From Parachlamydiales bacterium (GTDB taxonomy: Bacteria > Chlamydiota > Chlamydiia > Chlamydiales > JAEYWL01): a stretch of 64,000 nucleotides of DNA. The notes beneath the pieces were generated by a model. That model was not told the origin of the DNA. It worked only from the letters and a program-made list of their open reading frames with translations, and ran no database searches. Position 1 is the first letter of the stretch. Each line of letters starts with the position of its first letter. Location: positions 17,262 through 81,261 of the forward strand of contig JAGVLX010000021.1 of NCBI GenBank assembly GCA_020054065.1. The letters run 5' to 3'. Positions 1 to 8,164 of the stretch are shown one piece after another. The position numbers were made by a program, and so were the translations under genes.

Positions 1-11
1 CTAATCATGGT

Positions 12-52
12 GGTGTTAACTTTCTAAATCATTTCTGATGAAAGTTAACACC
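12..52 (-). terminator. Stem-loop 3' of the 77..316 ORF
   Basis: Perfect 13-bp inverted repeat ggtgttaactttc (12-24) / gaaagttaacacc (40-52) with a 15-nt loop. It lies about 25 nt downstream of the minus-strand stop. No clear U-tract. Confidence 0.35.
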
Positions 53-76
53 GGTGTTTGTGTATTAACTACCACA

Positions 77-316
77 TTAGAAATTAGGGTTAGCATTTAG
101 ATTGTCTCCCTGATTTGTGGCAGGAGTATGCTGTAGATTCGAGTTTGTTCTTTTTGTATTCGTCTCATCTTCAGGATTATTGTTCTCCAACCTGGAATCG
201 TGCATGGAGTCAACCGCTCGTGTATCATTCTCCGAATTTCGTGGAGTAGAATTGATATTTGCTTGTAGGGTTCCCATCAGAAAAAAAGAAAACAAGATCA
301 TTAATCGCTTTGTCAT
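77..316 (-). CDS. Small secreted low-complexity protein (79 aa)
   Basis: ATG with GAGGTG 5 nt upstream. Signal-like N-terminus MTKRLMILFSFFLMGTLQA. The mature part is N/T/S/P/D/E-rich. No recognisable family. Confidence 0.45.
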   Translation of the reverse strand: MTKRLMILFSFFLMGTLQANINSTPRNSENDTRAVDSMHDSRLENNNPEDETNTKRTNSNLQHTPATNQGDNLNANPNF

Positions 317-328
317 TCTATCACCTCG

Positions 329-359
329 TTTATGCCGAGAGGTTATCTCTCGGCATAAA
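329..359 (-). terminator. Stem-loop between the 288-aa disordered-protein gene and the 79-aa gene
   Basis: Perfect 13-bp stem tttatgccgagag (329-341) / ctctcggcataaa (347-359) with loop gttat. It is 3' of the stop at 381. There is no U-tract, so it may be a stabiliser or processing hairpin rather than a strict terminator. Confidence 0.4.
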
Positions 360-380
360 CTTTATTAAAACATATCATTA

Positions 381-1247
381 TTATCGACCTTGACGATATC
401 TTCCTCTGCTTTGATCAGCAGTATTTTCATTTAAATCTTCGTCTTGATCCTCAGTATCTTCATCTAAATCATTTCCCTGATTATAATATTCTTGTCCGTA
501 GTTCCGTTCCGTGCCATAGGCATTTTCATCGCGATCTTCATCGAATGCGTCCTGATCTTCCTGACTCTGCCAACGACTATTTTTTCCCCAGTTTCCTCTT
601 CCTTCAAACTGAGAACGATTGCCCGAAGGTTCATTCCAATCTGGTTGCGAATCCCTTCCGTACCCTGAGTTCCCATATTGGCGGTTGCCGGAGGGTTCGT
701 TCCATTCTTGTGACCCCCTTCCATAACCTGTATTTTCATCTTGCCAATTGCCAGTATTTTGACTTCTCATTTGATTTCCACCGCGGTTACCCATGCGCTG
801 GCCTCCCGATCTTTGACTTCCTGAACGATTACCTCCACGCTGGGTGCCTGAAAGATTGCGCGATTGATTGCCGTAGTTTTGATTGTAATACTCATCTTGA
901 CTAGAAGAGCCTTGTCCATACCCTCCTTGGCCCCCTTGGCCTTCATTCCATTGTCTACCTTGTGTCCAAGAATCTTCTCCAGCATAGGATCTGCCGCCGC
1001 CCCAATCTGAACGAGCGTTCGAACGTCCATAGTTTGAGTTTTCATTATAGCCTCGCCCGCTTTTTCCGTAATTTACATCATTATCTTCAAGATCATATTC
1101 TCTTCCATAACGCGATTGGGATCCCGAGCGCATATCTTGCTGACGGCTTTGGTCACGTGAGCTCTGATTTCTGCCTCTTTGGGATCCTTGAGTTTGGTTC
1201 CCTCTGCTTTTAGAGGTTGAGCGAGAAGTTGAACGTCTAGTTGTCAT
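381..1247 (-). CDS. Intrinsically disordered G/N/Q/S/R-rich protein with interspersed Trp/Tyr, an RS-rich N-terminus and an acidic C-terminal tail (288 aa)
   Basis: Longest frame, with ATG and strong SD (AAGGAG, 6-nt spacer). Almost no aliphatic residues. WNEPSGNR occurs twice. Other frames in this region are low-complexity shadows. Confidence 0.7.
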   Translation of the reverse strand: MTTRRSTSRSTSKSRGNQTQGSQRGRNQSSRDQSRQQDMRSGSQSRYGREYDLEDNDVNYGKSGRGYNENSNYGRSNARSDWGGGRSYAGEDSWTQGRQWNEGQGGQGGYGQGSSSQDEYYNQNYGNQSRNLSGTQRGGNRSGSQRSGGQRMGNRGGNQMRSQNTGNWQDENTGYGRGSQEWNEPSGNRQYGNSGYGRDSQPDWNEPSGNRSQFEGRGNWGKNSRWQSQEDQDAFDEDRDENAYGTERNYGQEYYNQGNDLDEDTEDQDEDLNENTADQSRGRYRQGR

Positions 1248-1553
1248 ACCATGCTCCTTAGATTAAACATTAAAACCTATTTCTACTAAAGGAAGAGACC
1301 CGGAAACCTGCTCTTCTTTATAGAATTTATGAGGATCTTCCATATCCGGTGCAATCCTAAAAATTTCATGAAAAGTGAGGAAAAATTCCAAGCATTTAAG
1401 AATCAAAACGTGCAATAAAATGAAAATAAACGGGAGTTTTTATGCTATTTATTCCCGTTTTAGTGCGGATGGGAATGGTATCTTAGATATTAAAATTAAA
1501 TTTTAAAAAATTAAAATAATATTTATCATTAGGATTGTAACAAAAGGAGAATT

Positions 1554-1712
1554 ATGAGCCTCTACACACTACTGTTAATTATTCTTATTTTGATCTTAAT
1601 CGGAGCCTTGCCAACGTGGCCTTATAGTACTGGCTGGGGATATGGCCCAAGCGGATTGCTGGGAGCCATTGTTCTCATTTTATTAATCTTGATCTTACTC
1701 GGCAGAGTGTAG
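1554..1712 (+). CDS. DUF3309-like small membrane protein (52 aa), below the ORF-track cutoff
   Basis: ATG with AAGGAGA 4 nt upstream. Translation is MSLYTLLLIILILILIGALPTWPYSTGWGYGPSGLLGAIVLILLILILLGRV. The core PTWPYS.GWGYGPSG flanked by two hydrophobic helices matches my recollection of the DUF3309 family. A terminator follows. Confidence 0.65.
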   Translation: MSLYTLLLIILILILIGALPTWPYSTGWGYGPSGLLGAIVLILLILILLGRV

Positions 1713-1720
1713 ATTAAGAG

Positions 1721-1758
1721 AAAAAGGGAAAGAAGTTTTCACTCCTTTCCCTTTTTTT
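1721..1758. terminator. Bidirectional rho-independent terminator
   Basis: Stem aaaaagggaaag (1721-1732) / ctttcccttttt (1745-1756) with an A-run on one side and a T-run on the other. It sits between the convergent DUF3309-like and yciF-like genes. Confidence 0.6.
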
Positions 1759-1783
1759 ATCACGTAAAGACTTTCGCGCTAAC

Positions 1784-2314
1784 CTATCTACTAACTGCTT
1801 GAGCATTGATCCCTGAAGTAATCCAGTTACCCTCTGCTAGCTTTGTTAACGCTTTATTCGTTTTTCCTTCTTCATCTAAGATTTCTTGAAGATTCGACTC
1901 GACTTCTTCCAATCCTAAATGATGGGCAAAGGTTCTTAGGGTTCCATACGTTGCGATTTCATAGTGCTCAATTTTTTGAGCTGCACCAATTAAAGCCGCA
2001 TCTTCTACGAATGGTGGATACCGATGTTTAATCACTTCTTCAGATTCTTCTAAAAGACCTTTGATGGCTTCACATTCTTCTCCTTCAGGGTCTGCTCCTA
2101 AAAGTGAAAACACTTTCTCTAAGCGATCTTTCTGCCCTTTGGTTTCCGTTAAATGCTTTTTAAAAGCATCTTTCAGCTCTTTCGATTTAGCAGCCTCAAT
2201 CATTTTGGGCATATTTTTAACAATTTCAGTTTCCGCATTATAGATGTCTCTTAATTGGTCGAGAAACATCTCATAAAATTCATCGTAATGTTGACCATTG
2301 TTTTTTTTAACCAT
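1784..2314 (-). CDS. yciF: YciE/YciF-family ferritin-like stress protein (DUF892), 176 aa
   Basis: Aligns by eye along its whole length with E. coli YciF (for example DAALIGAAQKIEHYEIATYGTL versus DAALIAAAQKVEHYEIASYGTL). SD AAGGAGG. Confidence 0.85.
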   Translation of the reverse strand: MVKKNNGQHYDEFYEMFLDQLRDIYNAETEIVKNMPKMIEAAKSKELKDAFKKHLTETKGQKDRLEKVFSLLGADPEGEECEAIKGLLEESEEVIKHRYPPFVEDAALIGAAQKIEHYEIATYGTLRTFAHHLGLEEVESNLQEILDEEGKTNKALTKLAEGNWITSGINAQAVSR

Positions 2315-2347
2315 ACAATCCTCCTTGTGAGAGAGCGTACTAATATT

Positions 2348-2623
2348 TTAGAATCTTTTATTTTTTTGAGTAGGAACCTTATGTTCTTCCAAATCCTCAT
2401 CTAGATCTTCGAGAGGTTGATCACGATTGAACTTTTTTTCCCAAGTTGAAAGTTCGTTTTCAGCTTTCTCTTTGGTATAGCCGTAATATTTTTGCAATCT
2501 GCCTAACAGTTCTTCTCGTTTTCCATCAATTTGAGTAATGTCATCATCAGTGAGTTTCCCCCACTGTTGCTTGACTTTCCCTTTGAATTCTTTCCACATT
2601 CCTTTGAATGAATCTTTATTCAT
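2348..2623 (-). CDS. csbD: CsbD/YjbJ-family general stress protein (91 aa)
   Basis: Typical CsbD pattern: KGMWKEFKGKVKQQWGKLTDDDITQIDGKREELLGRLQKYYGYTKE. Confidence 0.85.
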   Translation of the reverse strand: MNKDSFKGMWKEFKGKVKQQWGKLTDDDITQIDGKREELLGRLQKYYGYTKEKAENELSTWEKKFNRDQPLEDLDEDLEEHKVPTQKNKRF

Positions 2624-2645
2624 ATAATCTCCTATTGGTTTTAAA

Positions 2646-3797
2646 TTAAGGTTTTAGAACGACTTTTAAACAACGATCTTGCTTATCATTAAAAATTTTA
2701 TATCCTTTTTTAGCATCGCTTAAGGGCAATGTGTGCGTAATGATGTCATCTAAAACCACTTTCCTTTCGCGAACTAAATTTGTTAATTCACTTAAACCAC
2801 TTGGCAATGGCACAGGTCCGGATTTCAATGTAAGGGCTTTATCAAATAATTGGCCTAAAGAGAAATTGGAATAGTTACCACCGTACACGCCAATAGCTGA
2901 TACAATCCCGCCTCGTCTTACGCCGCTCATAGCGGATTGCAACGCATTGATTGAACCCGCTTGTTGACCGAATGCATTAATCATTTTTTCCCAAAAACTT
3001 TGTTGCGCCTCTAATCCAACGGCATCAATGCACACATCCGCTCCCCGTCCCTCAGTCATTTCGCGTATTTTTTCCACCGCATTAACTTTTTTTGCATGGA
3101 TGGTTTCAGACTTAGCAGTTTGTTTTGCAAGATCTAATCGATAATCTAAAACGTCAATCCCAATCACCCTGCCTGCGCCTTGAAGCCAAGCTGCTTTCTG
3201 CGCCATAATCCCTACTGGGCCGCAGCCAAAGACAGCTACAGTCTCTCCGCCTTTAAGTTCACATCTTTCAACTGCCGCCCATCCTGTAGGAAAAATATCG
3301 GTAAGAAATAATACTTCTTCGTCTTTTAACTGATCATCAACCTTTATGACGCCAAACTTCGCCCAAGGGACGCGCACATACTCAGCTTGTCCCCCATCAT
3401 AATTTCCATTCCCTTCACCTAAACCGAACACTCCGCCACCCTTTTCTTTATCATTTCCTTCGGGCCCATAGTGATGGTTCGTATTTTGGCAGTGTGGAGG
3501 CAATCCATGCGCGCAGAAATAACATTGCCCACATCCGATGATGCAAGGAACGAGGACTCGATCCCCCTTCTTTACATGGGTGATGTTTTTACCGACTTCC
3601 TCGACAATTCCCATGAATTCATGACCCAAATGAATGGGTTTTTCAATGGGAAACAGTCCATTATAGAAATGGAGATCCGTTCCACAGATGGCGGTTGAGG
3701 TGACCTTAATGATCATATCGTTAGGCTTTAAAATGGTGGGATCTGGTACTTCCTCCACTTCAACTTTTTTGGCCTTATGAATCACGACAGCTTTCAT
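2646..3797 (-). CDS. Zn-dependent alcohol/formaldehyde dehydrogenase-like (MDR family), 383 aa
   Basis: Catalytic-Zn motif GHEFMGIVEEVG, structural-Zn cysteines CGQCYFCAHGLPPHC, and Rossmann motif VFGCGPVG. Confidence 0.85.
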   Translation of the reverse strand: MKAVVIHKAKKVEVEEVPDPTILKPNDMIIKVTSTAICGTDLHFYNGLFPIEKPIHLGHEFMGIVEEVGKNITHVKKGDRVLVPCIIGCGQCYFCAHGLPPHCQNTNHHYGPEGNDKEKGGGVFGLGEGNGNYDGGQAEYVRVPWAKFGVIKVDDQLKDEEVLFLTDIFPTGWAAVERCELKGGETVAVFGCGPVGIMAQKAAWLQGAGRVIGIDVLDYRLDLAKQTAKSETIHAKKVNAVEKIREMTEGRGADVCIDAVGLEAQQSFWEKMINAFGQQAGSINALQSAMSGVRRGGIVSAIGVYGGNYSNFSLGQLFDKALTLKSGPVPLPSGLSELTNLVRERKVVLDDIITHTLPLSDAKKGYKIFNDKQDRCLKVVLKP

Positions 3798-3806
3798 AGT
3801 GTATCC

Positions 3807-4142
3807 TTATTGCTGTGGATTTGTGGCTTTATTTTCAGTTTTCTTGGGTGTCTGCTGATCAAAGGGTGAGTGGCTTTTATTTTGATCTTTCAAAATCGCA
3901 TTTTGGGAAGGAGTATCAGGACTAGTGGGAGTCGGGATCGAAGAGTGGTATACGTCTTTTATCTGAATGTTAGTATCATTAGAGGTTTTTGGGGTACTCA
4001 TAGTTTGTTCAGAAGGCGTAAATCCATAATTATTAGGGTTTGCTGGTGATAAATTTTCATACTTTTGAGTATGCGGATTATACTGATCTGCATAAGAATG
4101 GAACGTGAGCGCGATAAATAGGGCGGATAAAATAAATTTCAT
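3807..4142 (-). CDS. Small secreted low-complexity protein (about 111 aa from the internal ATG)
   Basis: The ORF is open to 4178, but the ATG at 4142 (AGGTG upstream) starts a signal peptide MKFILSALFIALTFHSYA. The mature part is P/T/S/N/Q-rich, similar in character to the 77..316 product. Confidence 0.45.
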   Translation of the reverse strand: MKFILSALFIALTFHSYADQYNPHTQKYENLSPANPNNYGFTPSEQTMSTPKTSNDTNIQIKDVYHSSIPTPTSPDTPSQNAILKDQNKSHSPFDQQTPKKTENKATNPQQ

Positions 4143-4150
4143 ACACACCT

Positions 4151-5305
4151 TCAAGGTTTTAAGACAACTTTGACACACTCTTCATCTTTATCATTAAAGA
4201 TTTTGTAAGCGTGAGAGGCTTTGTCCAAGGGAAGTTTATGACTGATGATATCGTGAAGAACCACTTTTTTCTCTTTAACTAGTTTTAGCAGGGTATCAAT
4301 GTAATGATGTACAGGCGCTTGACCTGAACGTATCGTAATTCCCTTATCAAAAATTTGACCCAGGGGAAAATCTGAAAACTTTGTCGCATAGACGCCCAGA
4401 ATGGAAACAGTGCCGCCCCGACGAACAGCACTTAAGCAGTTCGTAAGCACTTTCATGGTTCCACCCTCTTGTTTAATTGCGCCTTTCGTTTTTTCATAAA
4501 TAGTTCGATCCGCTTCCATTCCTACAGCATCTACACAGACATCTGCTCCCCGGCCTTCTGTGATATTTCTTATCATTTTGATGACGTCATCTTGGTTATA
4601 GTTAAACGTTTCAGAATTAGCTGTTTTTTTAGCCATTTCCAACCGATAGTCTAAAATATCAATGCCGATGACTCTTCCGGCTCCATTTAACCATGCCGCT
4701 TTTTGCGCCATAATGCCTACCGGACCGCATCCAAAAACCACAACCGTTTCTCCACCTTTTAAACGTGCCCAATCAATTCCTGACCAACCCGTGGGAAAGA
4801 TATCAGTTAAAAAAAGCACTTCTTCATCGCTTAAATCATCATCAATTTTTCTTGGGCCTACGTCTGCATAAGGAACTCTCACATACTCTGCTTGGCCCCC
4901 ACTATAACCCCCGTATAGGTCTGTATAACCAAAAAGAGCGCCTCCTTTTTCTTTTTCGTCTCCTTCAGGTCCATACATTTCTGGATTTGAATTTTCACAA
5001 TGACCAGGCAAAGAGTGATGACAAAAGAAACACTGCCCGCAAGCAATAGGAAAAGGAACTACGACACGGTCCCCTTTCTTTAAATTTTTAACATTTTTAC
5101 CCACCTCTTCGACGATCCCCATAAACTCATGACCTAAGACCATCGGCTTTTTTTGAGGGATAAATCCGTTATAAATATGAAGATCTGATCCGCAAATGGC
5201 CGTTGAAGTCACTTTCAAAATGACATCATTTTCATCTTCGATTTTGGGATCAGGAACATGATCAACTTGAACTTTTTTTGAACTATGGAATACCAACGCC
5301 TTCAT
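4151..5305 (-). CDS. Zn-dependent alcohol/formaldehyde dehydrogenase-like, paralog of 2646..3797
   Basis: Same motifs as its paralog (GHEFMGIVEEVG, CGQCFFCHHSLPGHC, VFGCGPVG). Well over half of positions are identical to the neighbour by eye. The ATG at 5305 (GGAG upstream, MKALVFH parallels MKAVVIH) is preferred over the TTG at 5335. Confidence 0.85.
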   Translation of the reverse strand: MKALVFHSSKKVQVDHVPDPKIEDENDVILKVTSTAICGSDLHIYNGFIPQKKPMVLGHEFMGIVEEVGKNVKNLKKGDRVVVPFPIACGQCFFCHHSLPGHCENSNPEMYGPEGDEKEKGGALFGYTDLYGGYSGGQAEYVRVPYADVGPRKIDDDLSDEEVLFLTDIFPTGWSGIDWARLKGGETVVVFGCGPVGIMAQKAAWLNGAGRVIGIDILDYRLEMAKKTANSETFNYNQDDVIKMIRNITEGRGADVCVDAVGMEADRTIYEKTKGAIKQEGGTMKVLTNCLSAVRRGGTVSILGVYATKFSDFPLGQIFDKGITIRSGQAPVHHYIDTLLKLVKEKKVVLHDIISHKLPLDKASHAYKIFNDKDEECVKVVLKP

Positions 5306-5363
5306 ATCTTTACTCCGTACTTGATTTAGACTCAAGCTGACTAAAAAACAAAGTGTTAGGTAA

Positions 5364-5389
5364 TGACATGGCAGCGTGCTGCCATGTCA
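5364..5389 (-). terminator. Rho-independent terminator after the BON-domain gene
   Basis: Palindrome tgacatggcag-cgtg-ctgccatgtca, followed on the minus strand by a T-rich run (ttgtttttt). Confidence 0.5.
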
Positions 5390-5406
5390 AAGAAAAATAG
5401 TGGGAA

Positions 5407-6051
5407 TTATCTATTGACTGTGACTTGGTTATTAACGGCTTTGACGCCATCAATTTTTTTAATTTCGTTGGTGATGTATTGAACGTCGGAGTCTTTATCC
5501 ACTAAACCCGTTACTGTCACATTCCCATTGCTGGTATTGAGTTGAATATTTTTATACCCTTTCGTAAACCAGCCATCGCCTAACTTTTCGCGGATTTGTT
5601 TATTGATACGGCGATCGGCATCGGTTGCCGCAGTATCTAGTGAAGATTTTGTGTCTGTGTCTGTGTGGTTAGCAATATAGTTTCTATTGCTTTGATTATT
5701 ATAGGAAGACTTAGGAGCCACATTGATTTGATTGATGACATTCACCACGCCATCCACTTTTCTGACTTTATCTTCAATTTTTTGTTTTTCATCTTGCGTA
5801 TCTACCGAACCTCTTAAGGTTACGGTGCCGTTGACCACATCTGCCGTGACGTCTTCATAGCCTCTGGAAAACCAACCCGATTTGAGGTTGTCTTGTATCT
5901 CCTTGCGAATTTTAGCATCGTTGCCATTTGTGGTTTGGGTATTGCCATTGCTATAAGAATTGCTATTGTTGCTGTAAGTATTGTAAGCTGCTTGTACAAC
6001 TCCGAATTGCGCAATCAACCCGATTGCAGCTAGAAGACCTATTTTTTTCAT
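5407..6051 (-). CDS. Secreted OsmY-like protein with two BON domains (214 aa)
   Basis: Signal peptide MKKIGLLAAIGLIAQFGVVQA. Two repeats of the BON pattern (V.NGTVTLRGSVD...KV.GV..V.NQ..V). SD AGGAGG. Confidence 0.85.
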   Translation of the reverse strand: MKKIGLLAAIGLIAQFGVVQAAYNTYSNNSNSYSNGNTQTTNGNDAKIRKEIQDNLKSGWFSRGYEDVTADVVNGTVTLRGSVDTQDEKQKIEDKVRKVDGVVNVINQINVAPKSSYNNQSNRNYIANHTDTDTKSSLDTAATDADRRINKQIREKLGDGWFTKGYKNIQLNTSNGNVTVTGLVDKDSDVQYITNEIKKIDGVKAVNNQVTVNR

Positions 6052-6070
6052 AAAAACCTCCTGTGGAATT

Positions 6071-7660
6071 TTATTTTATAGGTTTAATTTTACTCTCTTT
6101 TTCTTGTTCAACATTCACTTTTTCTAAGCCATGTAAAGCTGGGCCGCATAAAACTTCACCATTCACATCAAAGCGGGATCCATGACATGGACAATCCCAC
6201 GAGTTTTCAATGGGATTCCAATGAACTTCCCCATTGAGATGCGTACATCTCGCTGAAAGTGGATACAGGTTTCCTTGGTGATCTTTGTAAACAGCAATCT
6301 TATGGATGCCATTTTGAATCACGCTTCCCGTGCCGCGCTCTATTTGATCTTCATGATGACATTTTTCGGGTGTGATCCAATCTAGATATTGATTAGCTGT
6401 ATTCAAGTTTTCTTCAAAAAAGCTACCCATTGCATTGAGCGTTTTGCGAGAAGGGTCATAAATTTTTTCCCATGGGTTTGCTCTTGCCATGATCAAATCT
6501 GTTATTAATAGTCCTGCTATCGTGCCATGCGTTAATCCATTTCCTGAATCGCCTGTTCCGATAAACACGTTCTTAGAATCAAGGGGATTACGTCCAATAA
6601 ACGCGAGCGAATCAACCGGTTCTAAAATTTGTCCTGACCATTGGTAGGTGATTTCCTTTAATGCGGGAAACCGTTGCTTTGACCAATTTTTTAGATTTTG
6701 AAACCGTTCTTCATACTCGTGATCTTGACCTGTACGCGTATCCTCTCCTCCAATTAACAGCATAAAATGGGTCGCAAAATCTGGATCTGTCGACGACAGC
6801 TGACAGACTCTAATATAATGATAAGGATCGCCAGTATCCCAGTAGAGTCCTTTAGAAATATCTGTTCTGGGTATTTTTCCTCCAATCACATAGGTTCTAT
6901 AAGCCGCCTGTTTGGTATGAATGACAAAGCGGTCATTGATGGGACTGTTGGTTGCGACGATCAGATATTTGGATTTTATCTTATGTCCATGGCTCGTTTT
7001 AACTAGACAAGAGCTTTCATCATTTTCAAAAGAATCGGCAGAAGTAAAATTATAGATCAACCCTCCTTGTCTCGTGATTGCGCCTGTCAATCCATTTAGA
7101 TATTTGACCACATCAAATTCAGCTTGATTGGGAAAAAAGATGCATGGCCCTGTATCAAATGATTGGATGGGAGCCCGCTGAACAATTCTTGCCGCAGATA
7201 AATTGAGTTGATGAAGGGCATCTAATTCTCTACTTAATGTTTCAGGTTTATCGTCGGCATGAAGAAAAAGGTAACCATTAACGCGTTCAAAATCACAATT
7301 AATTTTTTCATCTAGGATAATTTGTTCAATACGATCCACGGCGGTGCGGTGGCTTTCCAACGCGAGCTGAGAATTTGCAACTCCAAAAAGATCGATCAAA
7401 TCATAGAAGCGGTCATCTAATGCATAGGTCAAATGTCCAGTTGTACGGAATGTTTCCCCGCTTCCAATTTCGCCATCATCAAGAACAACGACCGAAACGC
7501 CCTCTTTGGAAAGAAAATAGGCGCAGCTAAGACCTGTAATTCCTGCGCCTACGATGCAAACATCAGTTTCTAAATCTTGCTCTAAAGCAGGAAATAACTT
7601 AACTGTGTTCGTTCCCTTCCAGAACGATTTTGTACCCAACTGCTCTTGTTTCATAATCAT
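6071..7660 (-). CDS. FAD-dependent oxidoreductase with C-terminal Rieske [2Fe-2S] domain (about 527-529 aa)
   Basis: Dinucleotide-binding motif VCIVGAGITGLSCAYFL. Rieske motif CTHLNGEVHW...CPCHGSRF. The architecture resembles B. subtilis YhfW. The second ATG (7654) has the better SD spacing. Confidence 0.8.
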   Translation of the reverse strand: MIMKQEQLGTKSFWKGTNTVKLFPALEQDLETDVCIVGAGITGLSCAYFLSKEGVSVVVLDDGEIGSGETFRTTGHLTYALDDRFYDLIDLFGVANSQLALESHRTAVDRIEQIILDEKINCDFERVNGYLFLHADDKPETLSRELDALHQLNLSAARIVQRAPIQSFDTGPCIFFPNQAEFDVVKYLNGLTGAITRQGGLIYNFTSADSFENDESSCLVKTSHGHKIKSKYLIVATNSPINDRFVIHTKQAAYRTYVIGGKIPRTDISKGLYWDTGDPYHYIRVCQLSSTDPDFATHFMLLIGGEDTRTGQDHEYEERFQNLKNWSKQRFPALKEITYQWSGQILEPVDSLAFIGRNPLDSKNVFIGTGDSGNGLTHGTIAGLLITDLIMARANPWEKIYDPSRKTLNAMGSFFEENLNTANQYLDWITPEKCHHEDQIERGTGSVIQNGIHKIAVYKDHQGNLYPLSARCTHLNGEVHWNPIENSWDCPCHGSRFDVNGEVLCGPALHGLEKVNVEQEKESKIKPIK

Positions 7661-7717
7661 CCTAGACTAGCATTTGGAATGCTGGTTTTTACTTTGAAAG
7701 GTCTAAAAGCATTCGGC

Positions 7718-7798
7718 TTAAATAATGCCCAATAGTTTTAGAATGATGAGTACAGAGAGAGGAACCCCAAGAAGCCACAAAATTAACATTCTGCCCAT
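7718..7798 (-). CDS. Possible 26-aa hydrophobic peptide (MGRMLILWLLGVPLSVLIILKLLGII)
   Basis: ATG with GAGGT about 6 nt upstream and a single TM-like helix. It resembles small stress-island membrane peptides. It is too short for codon statistics. Confidence 0.3.
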   Translation of the reverse strand: MGRMLILWLLGVPLSVLIILKLLGII

Positions 7799-8164
7799 AC
7801 GTCTACCTCGTTGTTTCTCTCGACTATAAAGATACACGGGTTTCTATCAAAATATTTTTTTAAACTGAGGCGAATTTATTAACTTTATATCACTACAGCA
7901 TCCACACTTAATTGTGGATGGAGAATAAAAAAATACAATAAACGCTCCCGTTTATTATTTTTATTAAAAAAACACCATTAATACTCCCTTTTTATTTTTA
8001 CTTAAAAATTTACTTAGTCTGAGAGAGTTGATAATAGGCCTTCCGTCGCCCTCACTTTTTTGATTGCGATTTTATGTTTGGGATCACATACGTATATTCA
8101 AGAAGGATACGAATTTTCGTTTGCCTTTTAGCTAACGAATTGTAACAAATTAAGGAGGACTCTC

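Noticed and set aside
464-1213. Alternative-frame and antisense ORFs (91, 119, 92 and 83 aa) inside the 288-aa disordered-protein gene, and likewise 8253-8792 inside the 219-aa gene
   Set aside because: Low-complexity DNA keeps several frames open. Only the chosen frames have an ATG with a consensus SD, span the whole region, and end at a hairpin or terminator.
1261-1553. SigB-, EcfG-, sigma-28- or sigma-54-type promoter upstream of stress-island genes
   Set aside because: A GTTTTA-N8-GGGAAT string (about 1457-1476) has the wrong spacing for SigB. I found no GGAAC-N16/17-CGTT, no TAAAGTTT...GCCGATAA and no TGGCAC-N5-TTGC in the intergenic regions I scanned, so no alternative-sigma promoter is claimed.
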